The notes: generated from the letters alone by a model not told the origin. A DNA stretch of 64,000 nucleotides from Harriotta raleighana (GCA_050575255.1 JBNZDD010013686.1:3840801-3904800), one strand, 5' to 3'; positions 1 to 15,049 are shown, numbered from the stretch's first letter. A program made the numbers and translations.

Positions 1-231
1 ATGCCCTGGTGAGTGTGGGTGTCAGAAGGGAGCCCTGAAATGTTTATAGTGCCTCGTCGTGTCGCAACGTACCAAAGTGATTCACAGGCGTTTCAATGTC
101 AGGTGGTAGTGATTGTTATTACAGGAGAATATGCCACCTGCCCCAGCTTGTGGATTGTTGCGGTTTTCTTTGGGAATGGAGTCATTAGATTACTGCCACC
201 GACCATTTAAATAGCAGATCAGGGTGAGCTC

Positions 232-308
232 AAGTCCAATGTGAGCTTTAAACCCAACACCTTCTGACCTGGAGGCGAGAGTGCAGTCAATTGAGCTTGG
301 CTGAACAC
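232..308 (-). mobile_element. tRNA-derived head of an old DeuSINE (SacSINE1/LmeSINE1-like)
   Basis: gctcaagtcc...tttaaacccaacaccttctgacctggaggcgagagtgc...ttgagcttggctgaacac resembles the reverse-complemented head also seen at ~48310-48385. Confidence 0.55.
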
Positions 309-3300
309 CTGGCAGTCTCTGTCAAATTGCTGCTGCCTCAGCAATGTTGTGTGCCCAATCGAATGCGCCGGTGTAGGCAGCAGAAGTTTATCTACGTGGT
401 GACTTGTTTGGGAGAGGGGTGAAGCAGTACATCTGAACTCCTGACAAGCTGGGCAGGAACGCATAGGACTTTCTAGTAATCTCATGGCAATGTAGTACAA
501 ATCCCTGATAATCTTTCAATGGTGGGAGGAGTGTGGGCCAGCACTTCATTAGTACAGAGGATGTGTTGTTATTTTTTTTTGCAGCTTTTCATTTGCATGT
601 TTGGTTTTAAATTCGGAGAATCTGACTGTTACCCAAATAGACCCTTGAACAAAAGTAAAATACAAAATGTTTGCAAATTTTTTTTTTTAAAAAACAAATA
701 CATACGTATGAGTGGCTGTGGATTTCTGATAATTAAATGCGGTGCAGAAAGATTCTGGAAATAAAAAAATCATTTAGAGGTTGTGACAAACCTTTAAAAA
801 TTTCTGCCTTCAACAAATTCAGAAAGTTTAAAGGTTTAAACTTTAAACCGTCGACCAGTGTTTTGAAAATCAATAAACTTTGGCTCAGCAACACACATGA
901 TTAGTTAATGCTTACCTTATTTTCTAAAACCAAATAATATTTGAATGTAGAATATTGCACAGTCAATATTCTCTTGGCAATTTCAGTTATTTTTCTGGGG
1001 GCCATTCGACGATCATCATTTGGCTTTGAGAGCATTTATGCTACATGGTGTATATTTCAGATGTAATATATTTTTTTTTTTGGCAAATCAGTGTAAAGAG
1101 GAAAGATTTACAGAACTGGTAGGCAACTTTAATAAGATTTTATCTGGTACAGCTGCTATGCATGAACGTAAGGTCTGACCTGAAACAGTTCACCTTTGTT
1201 TAGAATATATGATCCCCTCCAGAATGTCAAATTATGTTGAAAACTCATTTGATCTGATACTTTGGAATGCAGTTAACTCTCAAAAGTACACTCTCTTAAT
1301 GGAAAGTGGAGCCTGCCTTGCAGATGGCCTGTTCACACTGTTAAATGCTGCAAATCTAGATCTTTGAACTTTCTATTTATGTAGCATCAAGAGCTGTTAC
1401 AATTTCTGCAAGGACGTTTATTGTGTTTCGATGGATTGCCTGCCCGGTGATGAGTTTAATGTTGTTTTTGTAACTTGGAATTATTTTTGCATTCAGCTCA
1501 GTAAATTGCTTATGCCATCAATTATTAATCACCTGGTTAATTGCTGTTGAATTGTTACACTGCTGTTGCTGCTGCCACCATTTTTCGATTTGAGTTACCT
1601 TGAGAATAGTGATTCAATTACCTCTGAGGCATCAGAAATATTCAGAACTTAGCGAGAACAACAGTCCCGTAAACGAGGGCCAGTATTGTGCGGCTTAATG
1701 TAAAAGCCATGTGAAAATATATAAAAAGCTACTTTTATTTTACAAGCGGGGGCAACAATTAGTGAACAGTCAAACCGTGATCCCTACCTACATCCTCAGT
1801 TTACGACAGTGCATTGGAGCTGGATTTCTTCCATAGTTTATGATTGTGATAAACTGTATATGTGTCAATCGATAAAACGTAAATAAATATGCTGGATTGG
1901 GCATAGAATGTAGTTACTTTAGGATAAATGCTTCTGGCAAGAATCTCCCCCACCCACTGATGATCCCAAGGGTTCAGGTATGGTCTACTTTGGAGAGCTG
2001 GGATTATTTACTCCAATCCAGCATGTGGTCTTTGAGTCTTTTTGTTTTATGTATTTACAAGGGCCACATCCCACTGGTGCATTTAAAAACGTTGGTAATG
2101 GTGCCACAGCCTCAGTGCTCCACCAGCAACTGCCTCTTAAAATCCGAGTCTAAAAGCAGCGAGCAGGAAATGGCTGCTGTCCCCAGTGGGGCAACAGTGC
2201 TTTAAAGGGGAACCATTTTTAAGAAACTTACAAGATGTTTGCCAAACAGTTTTATGCCTGTTTGTAAATTCCCAATTCAACTCGGGTTGAAAAGCAAGCA
2301 TTGGATGCCACTTGTATATTGCGTCTCATGTAGCTCCACTGGCTGTTTGTTCCTCTTCTTCCCCCCAACCTCCCCACCCCAACACCCCATTTATCCATAA
2401 ACTCCCCACCCTCCCCCCACCCCACCCCCCCCCCAAAAAAAAAATGAAATTCACCAAACAAGATCTTGCGGTTTAACCCATGGCAGTTTCTTACATAATT
2501 CATTGATGAGGATGCAACTCATTATGAGGAATCCTTACAGTTATCAGTACTCTGTCTTGGTCAACCCAAAGGAAACAGTGTCGATATTTCATATCTCAGG
2601 TTTATCTGGAGTGTGCGTCACTGGCTCATTATAAAGGAACCCATTAGAAATTGCCACATTTTATTCCACACTTCTTATTAAAAATCATAGATATATATGT
2701 TTTAAAATGGAAAATGTCGGTCATTTAAATAAAGGTTCATATCTGTTCCAATGCCCTGGAGGCTTTTCCAGAGCACTTTCCAGGGTTGAGATGACATTGA
2801 TAAACCTCTCAAACCTCGCTCTTGCAATTGCTCTTCCTCTTGATGTGTTACTGGCTTGCATACAGTGCAGACAGCATGTGTTACACTACATGTGAGGCGA
2901 GACAGATTAACATAAAACACAGAATTCACACTTTCAGTGAAATTGCACTTGTAGGCTTGTTCTCGTGTTGATGGTAATTGCAAGCATAAAATCAGCCCAT
3001 TATCTCCTCCGATTTGCACCACAACCTTCCTACGGTGTCTGAGAACTTGTCATTTTTATGAATCTAATCAGCATACTGTGGGTGACGCTGGCACACAGTA
3101 TGAACACACTCTTAACATTTGAGAGCTGTGTTCCTTCCTGCAGACTGTGAGACATTCTTTCTGTCACTTGGTTTGAAGCAAGATTGTTTTTTTGCCAACT
3201 GCGAGGAAAAAGAAACAAAGCATGGGAGATGTTGTACAGCATTAACACTTTTTTAAAAAGAAAACTAAATTCAGTTAATAATACAGAAAGGGGAACTGGG

Positions 3301-6300
3301 ACAGTTGCTTGGTATTTTTGATTGATTAATGCAAATTTCAAGAGGATTCAGTTTCAAGAGGTAGATGAGCAACACAATGCAAAACATCTGAAGCAATAAA
3401 AATAGAATCACGTCTGCCGATAGTTATTTTGTGTCTCGAGCAATGTCTCTCAAGTGGTTCACGTTTTAATAAAATGCGTTGATCAGGTCTACTTTGTTTG
3501 CAATTATTAGATTTGGAAATCCACAAATGTAACTATCGTATTATATCCTTGTTTGGATCATTACATCATTGATTCTTTTATTGCAGTACCTTGTAGTTCT
3601 AAATTGGCAGCTCAATGTCCACGTTCGGGCTCGGAATTGGCCTACTGTCTATTTATAAGCTTGACATATTCATTATTAATACCGTGGCAGGTTTTGAAGT
3701 TGCTGCATTTCTCATGACAGGTGCAGACGGTCATACGTTCACGTGCAGAGGACACACACAGGTTTTAATCAAGGCGATATGGTGCTCAGTGCGCTATTTT
3801 TAAATGTGGCTGTGGCACAAGAACTAAATTCCTGCGTAAAGGGTATGGCTGTGTGTGGGCTTAACTGGTATCACAGGAAGTAAACAGTGAAATCTATTTT
3901 GCCCAGCAGAGCAAATGGAACTCTTGAGAACATTGAACCAAATTATCACTGGACTTACAGCAGCAGCACAAGAGGTTTATGCAGCACTGCACAGTGGGCT
4001 ATAATAATCAAGAAACCTATTCCAGAGATAGTATCTGAGGTGCTTTGCCTGCATCTCAATAACTTGTGAAAAGAGGAAGTGTATCCAACGCCAACGTTAT
4101 AAACTCGCCACACACCATCCTCCACAGAAAACGTGCCCGCAGAGCGCATTGGAAATAAATCGCTGCCCTACAATGAGGGCGAGTTTTCAGAAAAGATTCT
4201 CCGGTTCATTCTCGGAACAAAATGGAAAGCAAGAAAAGCGGTGGCAGTTGCCTCTGTTCTTCCTGCAATCCTGTAGGAGACGGCAGATAATAATTCTGAG
4301 TGGGTGCGATGCTCAGCTCCTACTTGCCGTTATAACTGATATGACGTTCAAACATCTGTCTGGTTGCCCAGACCCCACCCGAAAAGTTTTGTGAGAGATG
4401 CCAGACATGACTTGAATGTCACCTTGTAACCTCTGTAATCTGTGGGGTCGGTGAAATGGAGGGATACTATCTAGGATACTATTAGAGCCTTGGGACGTCC
4501 TCCCTACGTGAATGTCGCTCTAGAAATGTAATTTTGTTGATTTTGTTGTTGTAGGTTTTGTTGGTTTTAAAAAAAAGCTTAAAATTAGATGAAAAGAAAT
4601 AATGATGATAATCCTTAGTATTCATATAGTCTATTTCAATTAGGAGAACATCTCAAAGACCTTCATAGAATCTAATATAAAGTTTAGTCGCTATGTATTT
4701 TTATCATAGTCTTTTTTGAAAAACATTACTCACTATTTGACGGTTGCTTCCATCCTCCCGTAAATCACCCTGTTACACAAGGGCTGTAAGAAGGGCATAG
4801 CTCTGTGCGGTCAGTCGTGTGAGTGCGTGTGTGAAAAATGTTCACAAATGTTTCAATGTTTACATAAACTTTGTGTCACTCGAGTACTAAAGGGTCTTGG
4901 ATTCACAAAGCACCACTAATCTGCCAGGGATTTGATGTATTGTGTCCCTCCCTCAGTAGATCACCAGGGTTTTCTCGCAAATCATCAAGTACAATACCTA
5001 GGTTAAGTTTGCAGTCTACCCCCCCCTCCTCCCACGGGACAGGCAGGGAAAAAGTGGCAACTAAACCACTAATGCATCAAAAAAGAAACAAACATTGTGA
5101 AATAGTGGTAAAGCCTTTGGAAGGCATTGCCGGGCATTCACAGCCTTCTGTTGAGGGTGTGAAAATCGTTGGTAAGACGAGAAATGCAATTGCATGTACA
5201 AGCAATGGAACAAAGGAATGTTTTGGGGACGTCTTCCTGACATGAAAGGCGCTCCAGAAGTCTAATTTTGTTGTTGTTTTTGATCTCCTGTGACTGACGA
5301 TTTTCCAGAGGAAATAAGAGAAAGGTAAAGTTGCGTCCAAATTAATGGGCTTCAATTTCAGGATAGACATACATTTGCTGACATCGGGTTCAGGCAGGGA
5401 ATTTGTTGTTGGTCTGACCGCTGAGTTCTGACTCGCTCACAAAGAGAGACGAAATACACATTGAGGTTTTGAGGCAAAAGAGTGAAGCGGCTTTCGAAAC
5501 AAAAAACGGAGACGTCTGAAGCAAAAGGATGCTTGAAATGTTTTAACCTCTGCTGCCGAAAAATCTTGCAGGCAATTAAAATGTTTACGCTCCGAAAAAT
5601 ATATTCAGAATGGTATCCGAGAATTTTGTTACCAAACGAAAGTGATGAAATAATCTCAACTACTGTTCCTTTGTGTTGTTGAGGTAAGAGTCATCTTCAG
5701 CTATAGGGAAATTCTGAGCAGACTCAGTCTTGTTTCGCTGCCATGTTGACACTGCCTGCGATGGATTGCACAGTGCTCTAGCACTGCTGGGACCTAACTG
5801 CTACAGTGCTGTGCCTTACAGCACCGTTTTTAATTTTACATGATGTGATGTTCTGCTTTGCATTGGAATAGATTCCCCCATTACACACGCTTGGTAAATT
5901 TACTGACAACGGAATAAGTAGAATTTGAATCTGGCTTTTGAGTTAAGCAGGTTTTGGTCTGAACCAGCTGGATTCGAGGCAGCTAATTTTAAACCGTATC
6001 ACCTTGATGCATGACTGCCTGAAGGTATGTGTTCAGCGCAATTGGAACCGCATATTTCCGATTGCCTTTGGCTCAATTGAGTCCATTCGATGTCCCATAA
6101 AAATAAAATAATCCTTATATTTGATGTAGCACCTTATCATGTTGTCAAATTCTCAAAGAGCATCACAAGATTTTACCAATTATTATCTTTGGTATTAAAG
6201 TGCCAGTGTCTTGTATGCAGTGTGATTCCCTCACTCAATATCTCATAGAAAATGCCTCCAGGACATGTTTACACCACCCGAACTAGCTATATTGGCATCG

Positions 6301-8313
6301 CATCTGCTTTGAATCCAACAACTAAAAGAAGTTCAAGATTTTATTTAACTTCATGTAGAAGTGTAACTCCACCTGACACACTCACGATAGTAATAGATAT
6401 TGAGAAGGTTTACAGTTATTTATACACTTTATCCATATTGTGTCTTCTTTTAACTCACAACAAATTGATTGTTGGTCACCTCACCTGTGGGTCCATAGAG
6501 TCGCTCAAGTTAGGAGAAGATCCACATTGTAATAAGGGCAGTGTTGGTCCTGTATGAGTCACTGTATGATTTGAAATACACTGTTCAGCTGCACCAGTTG
6601 TACCAAATAGCATCCAGGGATGTACTTGGTGAAAGTTACTAAATCCTCAGTTTGGAAATCTGATATTCCTCTTCCAGGATCGCAAACCCTGTCCAGGCAG
6701 TGTTTTTTTTTCTCTCTCTGAATCATTTGCTTATCACATTTCTTTGTTTGCTGCTCGTTCTGTGTGAAAGCTGCGGCGTTTTAAAACGCACACATTCACT
6801 TGTTCAATGAAAATTTGCATAGAATTAGTTTTGTTTACTGTCATGTAATTGTTCTGTGTGTCCTGGATTACTTGAATTCAGGGAGATTTACTTTGTTAAT
6901 CTTGTGAGATTAAGCTTTGCTGTCCCAGTTTCTTTTTCACAAAATCAAAATAAAAGTGCATGCATAGTGGATTTTAATACCTTTCTTGATGTCTACATTA
7001 TTGAGCAAAAGACTTTGGTGAATATGTTATTTTTCATCAAATAGAGGGTTGATTCCATTAGTGAAACCTCTTTGCGTTCAAATGCTTTCATCAAGCGAGA
7101 GGTTTGCAGTGTGCCTCTTGTCACTTGAAACCAGCAAGTTTCGTTTAACTTAGATGTTGAGATATAATTGTCAAGAGCTGGAATAGCATGTCAACCTATT
7201 TATGGATTTATTTTCTCTCCCTGAAATAAACAAGCCTCGGGAATTTTCAGTTCTTGTGTTGACCTGAAGAATTCCCCTGTTCTCTCTCCTCCCCACTTCC
7301 ACACGCCCACACATCCACACACCACGCAGAGATTCCTTGGGGAAACAGTAAATGAGCAGAACCTGGAGTCAGGACATAAATACGATCATGTCCTCTTTGG
7401 TGTCCAGATGTTGCCCCATGTTGCAACTTCTCTCAGATGCATTTATATTCTCTTCACTGTAATGTGACAGACTATCTTATATTTAGGAACGTTCTAAGTG
7501 TCTGTCTGTGCTGACGGAATGGGGGAGGGAGGAGGGGGAAGACTGACGCTATTTCTATAATCACAGTTTAGAATGCCTAGATGGATAATCAAGATAATGT
7601 AGATGACTGGAAACAAAGACGTTTTGATTTCCATAGCTAATGGGTTACATGGCTCAGAACAGGAAGAAACAAAGATATTAATGAGGAGGAATGTAGACTG
7701 AGTGACTAAGCCAAAACAGGGTTATCACATATAAGTGTGAGGGCCGTGTGTTTGAACAGATGCTTCTCAGTGTGTACCACTAGACACATCTCCAACTTAA
7801 TATTGTCACAAAATCATGTTATAAGATACCAGACAGCTTAAATGGAAAAGGCCTGCAAACCAGTCCCATTTAGAACCTTTGATTAACTGGCGATGAGTCT
7901 AAAATAACTTGGCTTGAAGATATAGTTATGGAGAGCTGACACTTGTATCTTGTTTGTTACTTTGATTGTGGCATAAAGCAATAAATTTTGATAAGATTCA
8001 CTTTCCATCAACCGAGGATGTAAAGCCTATTCAGTAAAGAGAATCGTAGCTGGAGTAACTACTGTGGTTAATTGAAGTGGAGAGCTTAACGTTTTGTTGG
8101 ATTTGCTAGCACAGGACAAATGCTTGGATGATACAATAGAATTGTCTCAAACAGGGGTACTAGGGTGAAAGGTTAGGCAGGGTATCTATTTAGCATGAGC
8201 AGAAGTGTTATATAATGCTACGTTTGTTTTCTTTATCATTGAATGAAAACCTGGAAGTAAAAGCTTATGATTGATTTGAATTTTATTTAAAAGCAAAATC
8301 CTACCAGTGAATG

Positions 8314-8495
8314 TGCTGTCCTTTCACGTCTGGCAGCTGGGTTCCAATCCAGGCCATGTTGATGGGGTGGAAATCTTTCTCTGCTGTNGATAGAATGAAG
8401 GAGCAGATTAATATGCTGTCCTTTCACGTCTGGCAGCTGGGTTCCAATCCAGGCCATGTTGATGGGGTGGAAATCTTTCTCTGCTGTCGGTAAGC
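8314..8495 (+). mobile_element. LF-SINE-like tRNA head, present twice across an N join
   Basis: gtcctttcacgtctggcagctgggttccaatccaggccatgttgatg matches the reverse complement of 37570-37640 and the recalled LF-SINE head (CCTTTCACCTCTAGG...GGGTTCAAATCCAGCCCAGG). Confidence 0.5.
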
Positions 8496-8989
8496 TTCCT
8501 CAAGAGGTTATTCTGTTCTGCGCAGCGGATTCGTTGATGTGAACTAAGCAGTTATCTCCTTCGATGACAACATTTTGCCAATTTGTCCCTGTGGGCTTAC
8601 ATATAGCTCAAAATGTAATTTTGAAAGTAATTTAATTTTCCATCTTTATTGTCCAGTTATTTGTACTTAACAATTACATTTATGTACAAGTGGAGTGGGA
8701 CCAATTTACAAAATATAACAACCTCATAGAGAAGAAAAATCTTTAGCCCCCAAATATGCACACAGTAACATCAGCCAACTGCCAACACAAAATTGTTCAA
8801 TTTTTTTCCCCTTCAGTCTTTTTGCCTCCAAATATAAAGGGGGATATGTCAAACACAAGGATCAGGAAGTGCACTTTCTAGGATAAATTACTGTATAATG
8901 ATCAGGAACAAGGATTGGCTGATCTTTTTGTAACTCTTCTTACTAACTCTTCTTACTAACTCTTTACCCAAAGGCGCCCTAGGGCGTCT

Positions 8990-9100
8990 AATTTACTGCC
9001 TCAGCCCCGGATTAGCTGATACAGCACAGCCTGGGAATTTGAACTCACAACCTTCTTGTCTGTTTTGGTTTACCACCTCATCAACCAGTGCCTTTACTTA
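8990..9100 (-). mobile_element. Degenerate ancient tRNA-SINE head (family unassigned)
   Basis: ctcagccccggattagctgatacagcacagcctgggaatttgaactcacaaccttc contains a reverse B-box-like segment. Confidence 0.35.
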
Positions 9101-12100
9101 TTGGTAGAACCAAATTCATATGCGTGCTTGGTCATTCACTCAACATCCTTAGCTAAATTTGAATCCTGCTGAAGATTTTGCTGCCCAATAAAGAATTTTG
9201 ATATTAATATCAAATGATTTGCAAGTTCAAATGGATCATTGTATTATTTTCTTTGAAAATGTAATCCGTGGATGAACAAGCAAGAAATTGAATATTTGCT
9301 TCAGTTGTTTCATTTTCTGAGAGGTGAACTTTGGAGATGGTTTTTAGTGTTTACATGATGGAAACAATCCAGATTTAATCCAATCATTAGTATTTTCCAT
9401 CACCGTGATGTTCCTCCTGAAGTCAACATACATCCTAATCACATGATGTGATCTTCCTCATTGGGTCCTGCAAATCTTTCCTCAAGATCGTCTCCTGGGA
9501 GGCATTTCCAAAACAATCTCATTTCATTAGAATTGCAAATTTGATTAAATGTCAGTCGTTTTTTTAATCTGTGAATTTACGGAGTTTTCAGAGAATAAGA
9601 CGTTTGTGGGATTATTGCTGTGCCCGAGTAGGCAGCCTTGTTTGGCTACAAATTCGCAGTCACTCCATTTCACAGTAAATCCCCTGAAGAGCTTTGAGAT
9701 GCGATAAACGCTATATCAAATGCAAGGATTATTTTTTTTATATGATAAAAAGGCTTAATGATCAATGTCAGCATTACACATTTCCCTGGTTGACTTCAAC
9801 TGTCAGATTGGAGAGTTGAGGTTTTTTCCTTGCTTCAAAGTGTCATTTGCAGGCAGTAATTTCTCGTGGAGAACTGCTTGCTCTCTGAATGCCTGCCTAG
9901 CGTTTGGCACATCTTTCAGTGTTCGTGCATGAACCACAAGAGTTGGGCCTTGTAATGAGCCTGATCTTTGCCCGATTGTATTGTCTCTTCACTTTCTCGA
10001 TCCCATGGCTGGTTTCCACTGCTCTGCGCGACGATCTCGCCCCATTTCCTTTGTGCCTTCCTGGAAACTGGTGTGAGTGGAGTTTCTGAATTCACTGGTT
10101 GTCTGCCACATTCTTTCCTCTCTTTTCAGCATGGCCAGTAACACAGATTTGATCTGTCAGCGCAGCACTTTTCACTCTCTGAGCATGACCGAGTCCGTGC
10201 ATGCAAGCAAAACATTTCAAACTGTCAGACTGACGAACAACGCCCTCCCTCACATTTACACATTCGCCACAGGAATTGGAGAGAGACAAAAAATGATAGG
10301 GATGAGACTTGAACCGGTTTACAGATAGATAATCGGGTTCAGTTGACTGTTTTGATACTAATCTTTTGATTAACTGCCACTGTCAAGCTCATCGTTGAAG
10401 TCTTAATAATAGCCATCAAGCAGTTGAATAATAAACTGAGATATTGTCCTGGCGCACTTTCCAGCCTGATTGAGGCACGCTGTGTCAATAGCACATCCTA
10501 TCAGTATGGTCCAGTTTGATTTCCTGTAACACTTGGTACCCACATTACTTTCCAGTCAGTTTTTTTTTGAAAAAAACAATGTGATTGCAAATGTCGCTGT
10601 TCTAAAAATGCAGGAGATGGTTTGAAGCTTACTCTGTGACGTTCTCACTTTATCCTAAATTTGTGTTTGCAGCTTGTAATTAACTTGTCGCAATGATCAC
10701 AATTGTGGATTACAAAACCATGCAATTATATTTGCTTTATGTTACACGTAAATTGAATCAATCTACAGTAAGTAGTGATGTTCAGGTGATGTTATTACAT
10801 TTTACTCTAAAACCTTGCACATTGCAAATTATTAATTGTACAATAATATAGTTATGCAAATTTTCTTGGAATTCAGTATCTCCATGAGATGCATTATAGT
10901 TTCTGTGCCTGTTTTTGGGGGGAAAAGGGATTTAACAGCATAGTTTGCCTGCACTGTCTTTAAAAAGATATCTGTTACCACAGAAAAGTGCTTCCACACT
11001 GAGACTCAATCAAGGACCAAAATATTTGCGTGATCTAAAATCTTAGGACAAACTGGATTTCCCAATGGAATTTGTGGTCTAGTGCTTTTGTAAAGGACCC
11101 AGGGACATTGTTTGGCTGGTCGAGTGGGTGAGGTTTACTAACATAGAGCTTTCGTATCTTGAATGGTGTTATATTCAGGATAAAACCCATGCAGGCGGAA
11201 GATCTTAAGGCAGCTTTCAACCTGTCTCTTCATTTATGGCGAGATATCCATTTGCATAGTGTTTGCACATACGAATAATTGGCATTGGCTTGCATTGGGT
11301 AGCCCATTATTGTGACATTTTCCTCCCATTATAACATTTAAGAATGTTAAATAATAATAATAATCCTTGGATTTGAGATAGGGCCTTGAAAGTCAGGAGG
11401 ACGTCTCAAAGAGTCTCACGGGATTTACTGTGAAGTGTAGTGACTGCATATTTTGTAGGCGAATTGAAACAAAGGGTGAAATATCAAAACAGAAGCAGTC
11501 AGAATAAATACATCAGAACTAAAGGTCTGAAATGCACAGTATTTTAGTTGCAACAATCAAAATAACCCCCAGGGCCTTAAACTCATACTATTCAAGTAGT
11601 AGCAAAGGTATGCTCACTAAAGGTTGGCCTGTTACAGAATTGGTTCAGCAACAGATAAATGCCTCAATCTGCTGTCTGAGGATTGAGATCAGACAAACGT
11701 GCCTGTTATGTGTGTGAGTTCAACAAGTTTGTGCAGCGACAGCTTCTAAGCACCCTGCTGAGCTGCAATCATTTTGTCACAAAAATGGGGCTTGTCAAAT
11801 TATTTAAGATAACGGAGCTCACGAAAGTTGTGACGTGATGCGGTGTATATTGCTTTCGCCAGCCTGGACAAGCTGTGGAAAAGAGCATCAACTTGGAAAC
11901 ACATTCTGTTTATTCAACTGTTAATAATAAATAAATGACACAAATCAAACAAAATCATGTTAATGACTGCAGTCAGGATACCCACCAGCTATTGTCTCTT
12001 CATTTCACCCCCCCCAACTCCTGTTGCCTCATGCTACTATCCTGCCTCCTCCTTGATTACTCAGACAGAGCTTGAACTGAGATCTCCCATTGCTCAATAT

Positions 12101-15049
12101 CAATAGTACTCCATGAGCAGCCAGCAAGATTTGTTTGCAGATCCTATGGCCTGAGCAGCCGGCACGATCTGAATTCCCGTTTTCTCTCCTTGTACGTGTT
12201 TTCTAGCTCTTTTGTGGCTCTCGGAATGGATCCAGTTTTCAATCTGAAACTCACTCGCCTCCATCCCGGACCCTATCTTCATTTCCACGCGCTTCTCTGT
12301 TCGATTGTGAGCTTCCAAATGCCTCCAGGGGTCATCCCTTCTGGCACTAACTGTTCCCAATCCCATAGGATGCAGCACTTCATTATCGCGCAACGTTCCA
12401 TGCAGCAGCTTGACTGAAGAACTGGCCAAACTCGCCCATAGAGAGGCTTGAACCCATGACCCTCTGGCTGAGTATAAGCAGAAGCTCTCCCCCACTAGAG
12501 ATAAGTGTTTGTTTCTAACACCATTATTTCATACAACACAACAAGACTATTTTTGCAGCAAATGGGCAATTAACTGTGCTGGAATCTTTTCCCTTCCGCT
12601 CCCCTCCTCCCCCCCGATTAATGTTTTTCTGTTTTGATTCGCAGGTAACACAGTGCAGCCTATTTAAAATGTAGTACATCAACAAATTGTAAAAATAGAT
12701 TATTAATGTTAGAGTAAATATAAACGTGGCAGCCGAGACTTGATTTATTCAGCAATTTTGGCATTGGTGCATTGACAATCGTCAAATATCTTTGTTAGCA
12801 CAATGATGAACACTAATGGACGACAGATAATTTAGGAATCCAACAGCGAGAAGTTTTACTCTTCGGAGTGGCAATAAATCGTTTACAATTCAAGTGACAA
12901 CTGAGTGCAATACATCTCGCACTGGAATGCATAAAGCAATTATTTTTCAAAGGTTATGCAGCCCCGAAGAGTGAAATGCAAAAGCGCATTCTTTTCCACA
13001 CTGTGTTTGGAGCCACCAGGAAGCCAACAAAATCTTTATGAAAAAGGACTTAAGAGGTGTGGCATTTGAAAGATGTTTATGAAAAGTAATGCACAAAATG
13101 ATGATTTAGTGTATTGGTATTGCAATGATTATTATTTTATCTAATGGTATACAGACAGACTGTATGCAGTTAGGTTCTCTTTAACCAATTTTCATTCTGA
13201 TGTGACAAAGACGAATAGGTCGTTGTCCTCTATTACACACTAGAGAGTGAAAACATTAATGAAGCCATTACCTCAGCCCAGGCAAGTGGAGAGAATCGTG
13301 AAATTACCATTATTCTGAAGCCATTTAGTCATATTCAAGCACTTTTCCTGCCTTTAGTGAGCCAATCAGGTTATTATGGCTTCCCTTCTCCTTCACAGCT
13401 TCATTTGCTTTATTGTCTATCAATTGCATATTTGTTGAGCAGAATTATTATTATGACTTTCTTACCTGCATGCCACGTATAATTAATATCACCTCCCTGT
13501 TTCTCATGTCCCTGGTCCTCTATAAATCATGCAGCATTCTGTCTTTTACTTAGATATCAGCTTGCATTTGAAGTGGTGTGGGATTAATTGGTGAGTTAGA
13601 CCAGACGGGTAAAGTTGAGGTGGCAATTTCATCTGTGTCCCTGGATATGAAAGCAAGGTGTCATATGTACATTAGCATTCAGTAATTTGACATTCTGTCT
13701 GAGATCATTGCTTGTTTTAAGTGGGTCTTGCTAACTAACATGCTGTTCTCTGGATAATTTATCCTTGAATCAAGGAAGCAAGAAATAAAATCAAGCAAAT
13801 AAAAATCCACACATTGATGACCTCTCTTGCAAAAAATTGCGTAATCACTAATGCTATCATCATGTTCCCTTGAAGCATTAATAAATGTTTATCTTTTTAG
13901 CCACACACTGCCTTAGTTTCAAATGTATGGGGTAATTCATAGCCTGGATTGTGCTAAAAGCAGAATACATTTGAGAGTATCAAGTGATGTGGTATAACAC
14001 AAGATTAAAGTCAAAAGATGTGATCCAGCCTTGCAACACGTTAAAGCCTGTGTGCTTTGTTTTCTGTCCGTTTGCAACTCCTGAGGTTGCTGTTAGTTTG
14101 CATTCATCCTGATGTATTTTGCCAAGATAAGGTGTTGTGTGGGACATCGACATTAAACAGGCTTAGCAATCAAATCTGTGAGCTGTGCTGTTCTGATGAA
14201 CAGTTTGCAGTCTGTTGGTATTGGGCAATATTCAAACGCGTGCCAGAAGTAACATAACATAGGCTGGTGCATTTTTATAATTTCAGTAAATTGGAGCTTT
14301 TGTGAAGGTTGAATCTGGCCCTGGCCTGAAAGATCAAGTCCACACACCCCACACAAGTTCTTCCGATTTGATCAACGTCAGCCTTTAACTTGGCACAGCT
14401 TAGTTCTTTTCCCAAGATGTGACATTGTGCATTTCCTTTCAGTAAATGAACTTTTCCCATTGAGAAAGTGAGTCATTTTGTATTAGCATGAGCAATCGCA
14501 TGGCGATTTGAGTACAAATCACTTGGAATCAGGACGTAACTCCTCAAGTCCCATGTCATCTCTATTTAGTCATTTAGAAATACATTTGTTGGGACGCGTG
14601 GGAGGTGAGGGAGGTGGTGGGCGCAAGAGTTTGGAAATTAAAACCACAGTCACCTCTGAAAATAGAAAAAGCTATGCATCATTTGAACAACATTCAAATG
14701 AGGTTGTTGTTTGACATACTTTTTTTTCCTGCTGCTGACCGTGTGTGAGTCAGTGAGCATTGATAGAAGTGATTAATTAATCTGACTGATTGACTATGGG
14801 ATGTAACAGGGCATTGAGGCCAGACAGGCTGACAATCCTGGCTTTAGAGAGACTATCATTACTGATGCACAACTTGAAGTGATCAGAGAGCCATGACAAA
14901 GGGAGACAGAATTGTAATCTGTTGTACTCCTTCAGAGTCAGTTAGAAGCCTGTCTGTGAATGAAGCATATGTTTAATTTATGCTCTATAATTCACAGCTA
15001 AACTTCTGAGAACACAAATTGCCTTACAAAACATGTCCTATGCACATAA

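Noticed and set aside
1-500. Possible decayed L2 endonuclease region on the minus strand (THTHQGH-like at 1-20)
   Set aside because: Too degenerate to support by eye. Only the SINE head at 232-308 is called.
8931-8965. 13-bp tandem repeat (TAACTCTTCTTAC) x~2.6
   Set aside because: Ordinary slippage repeat with no spacer structure; not CRISPR-like.
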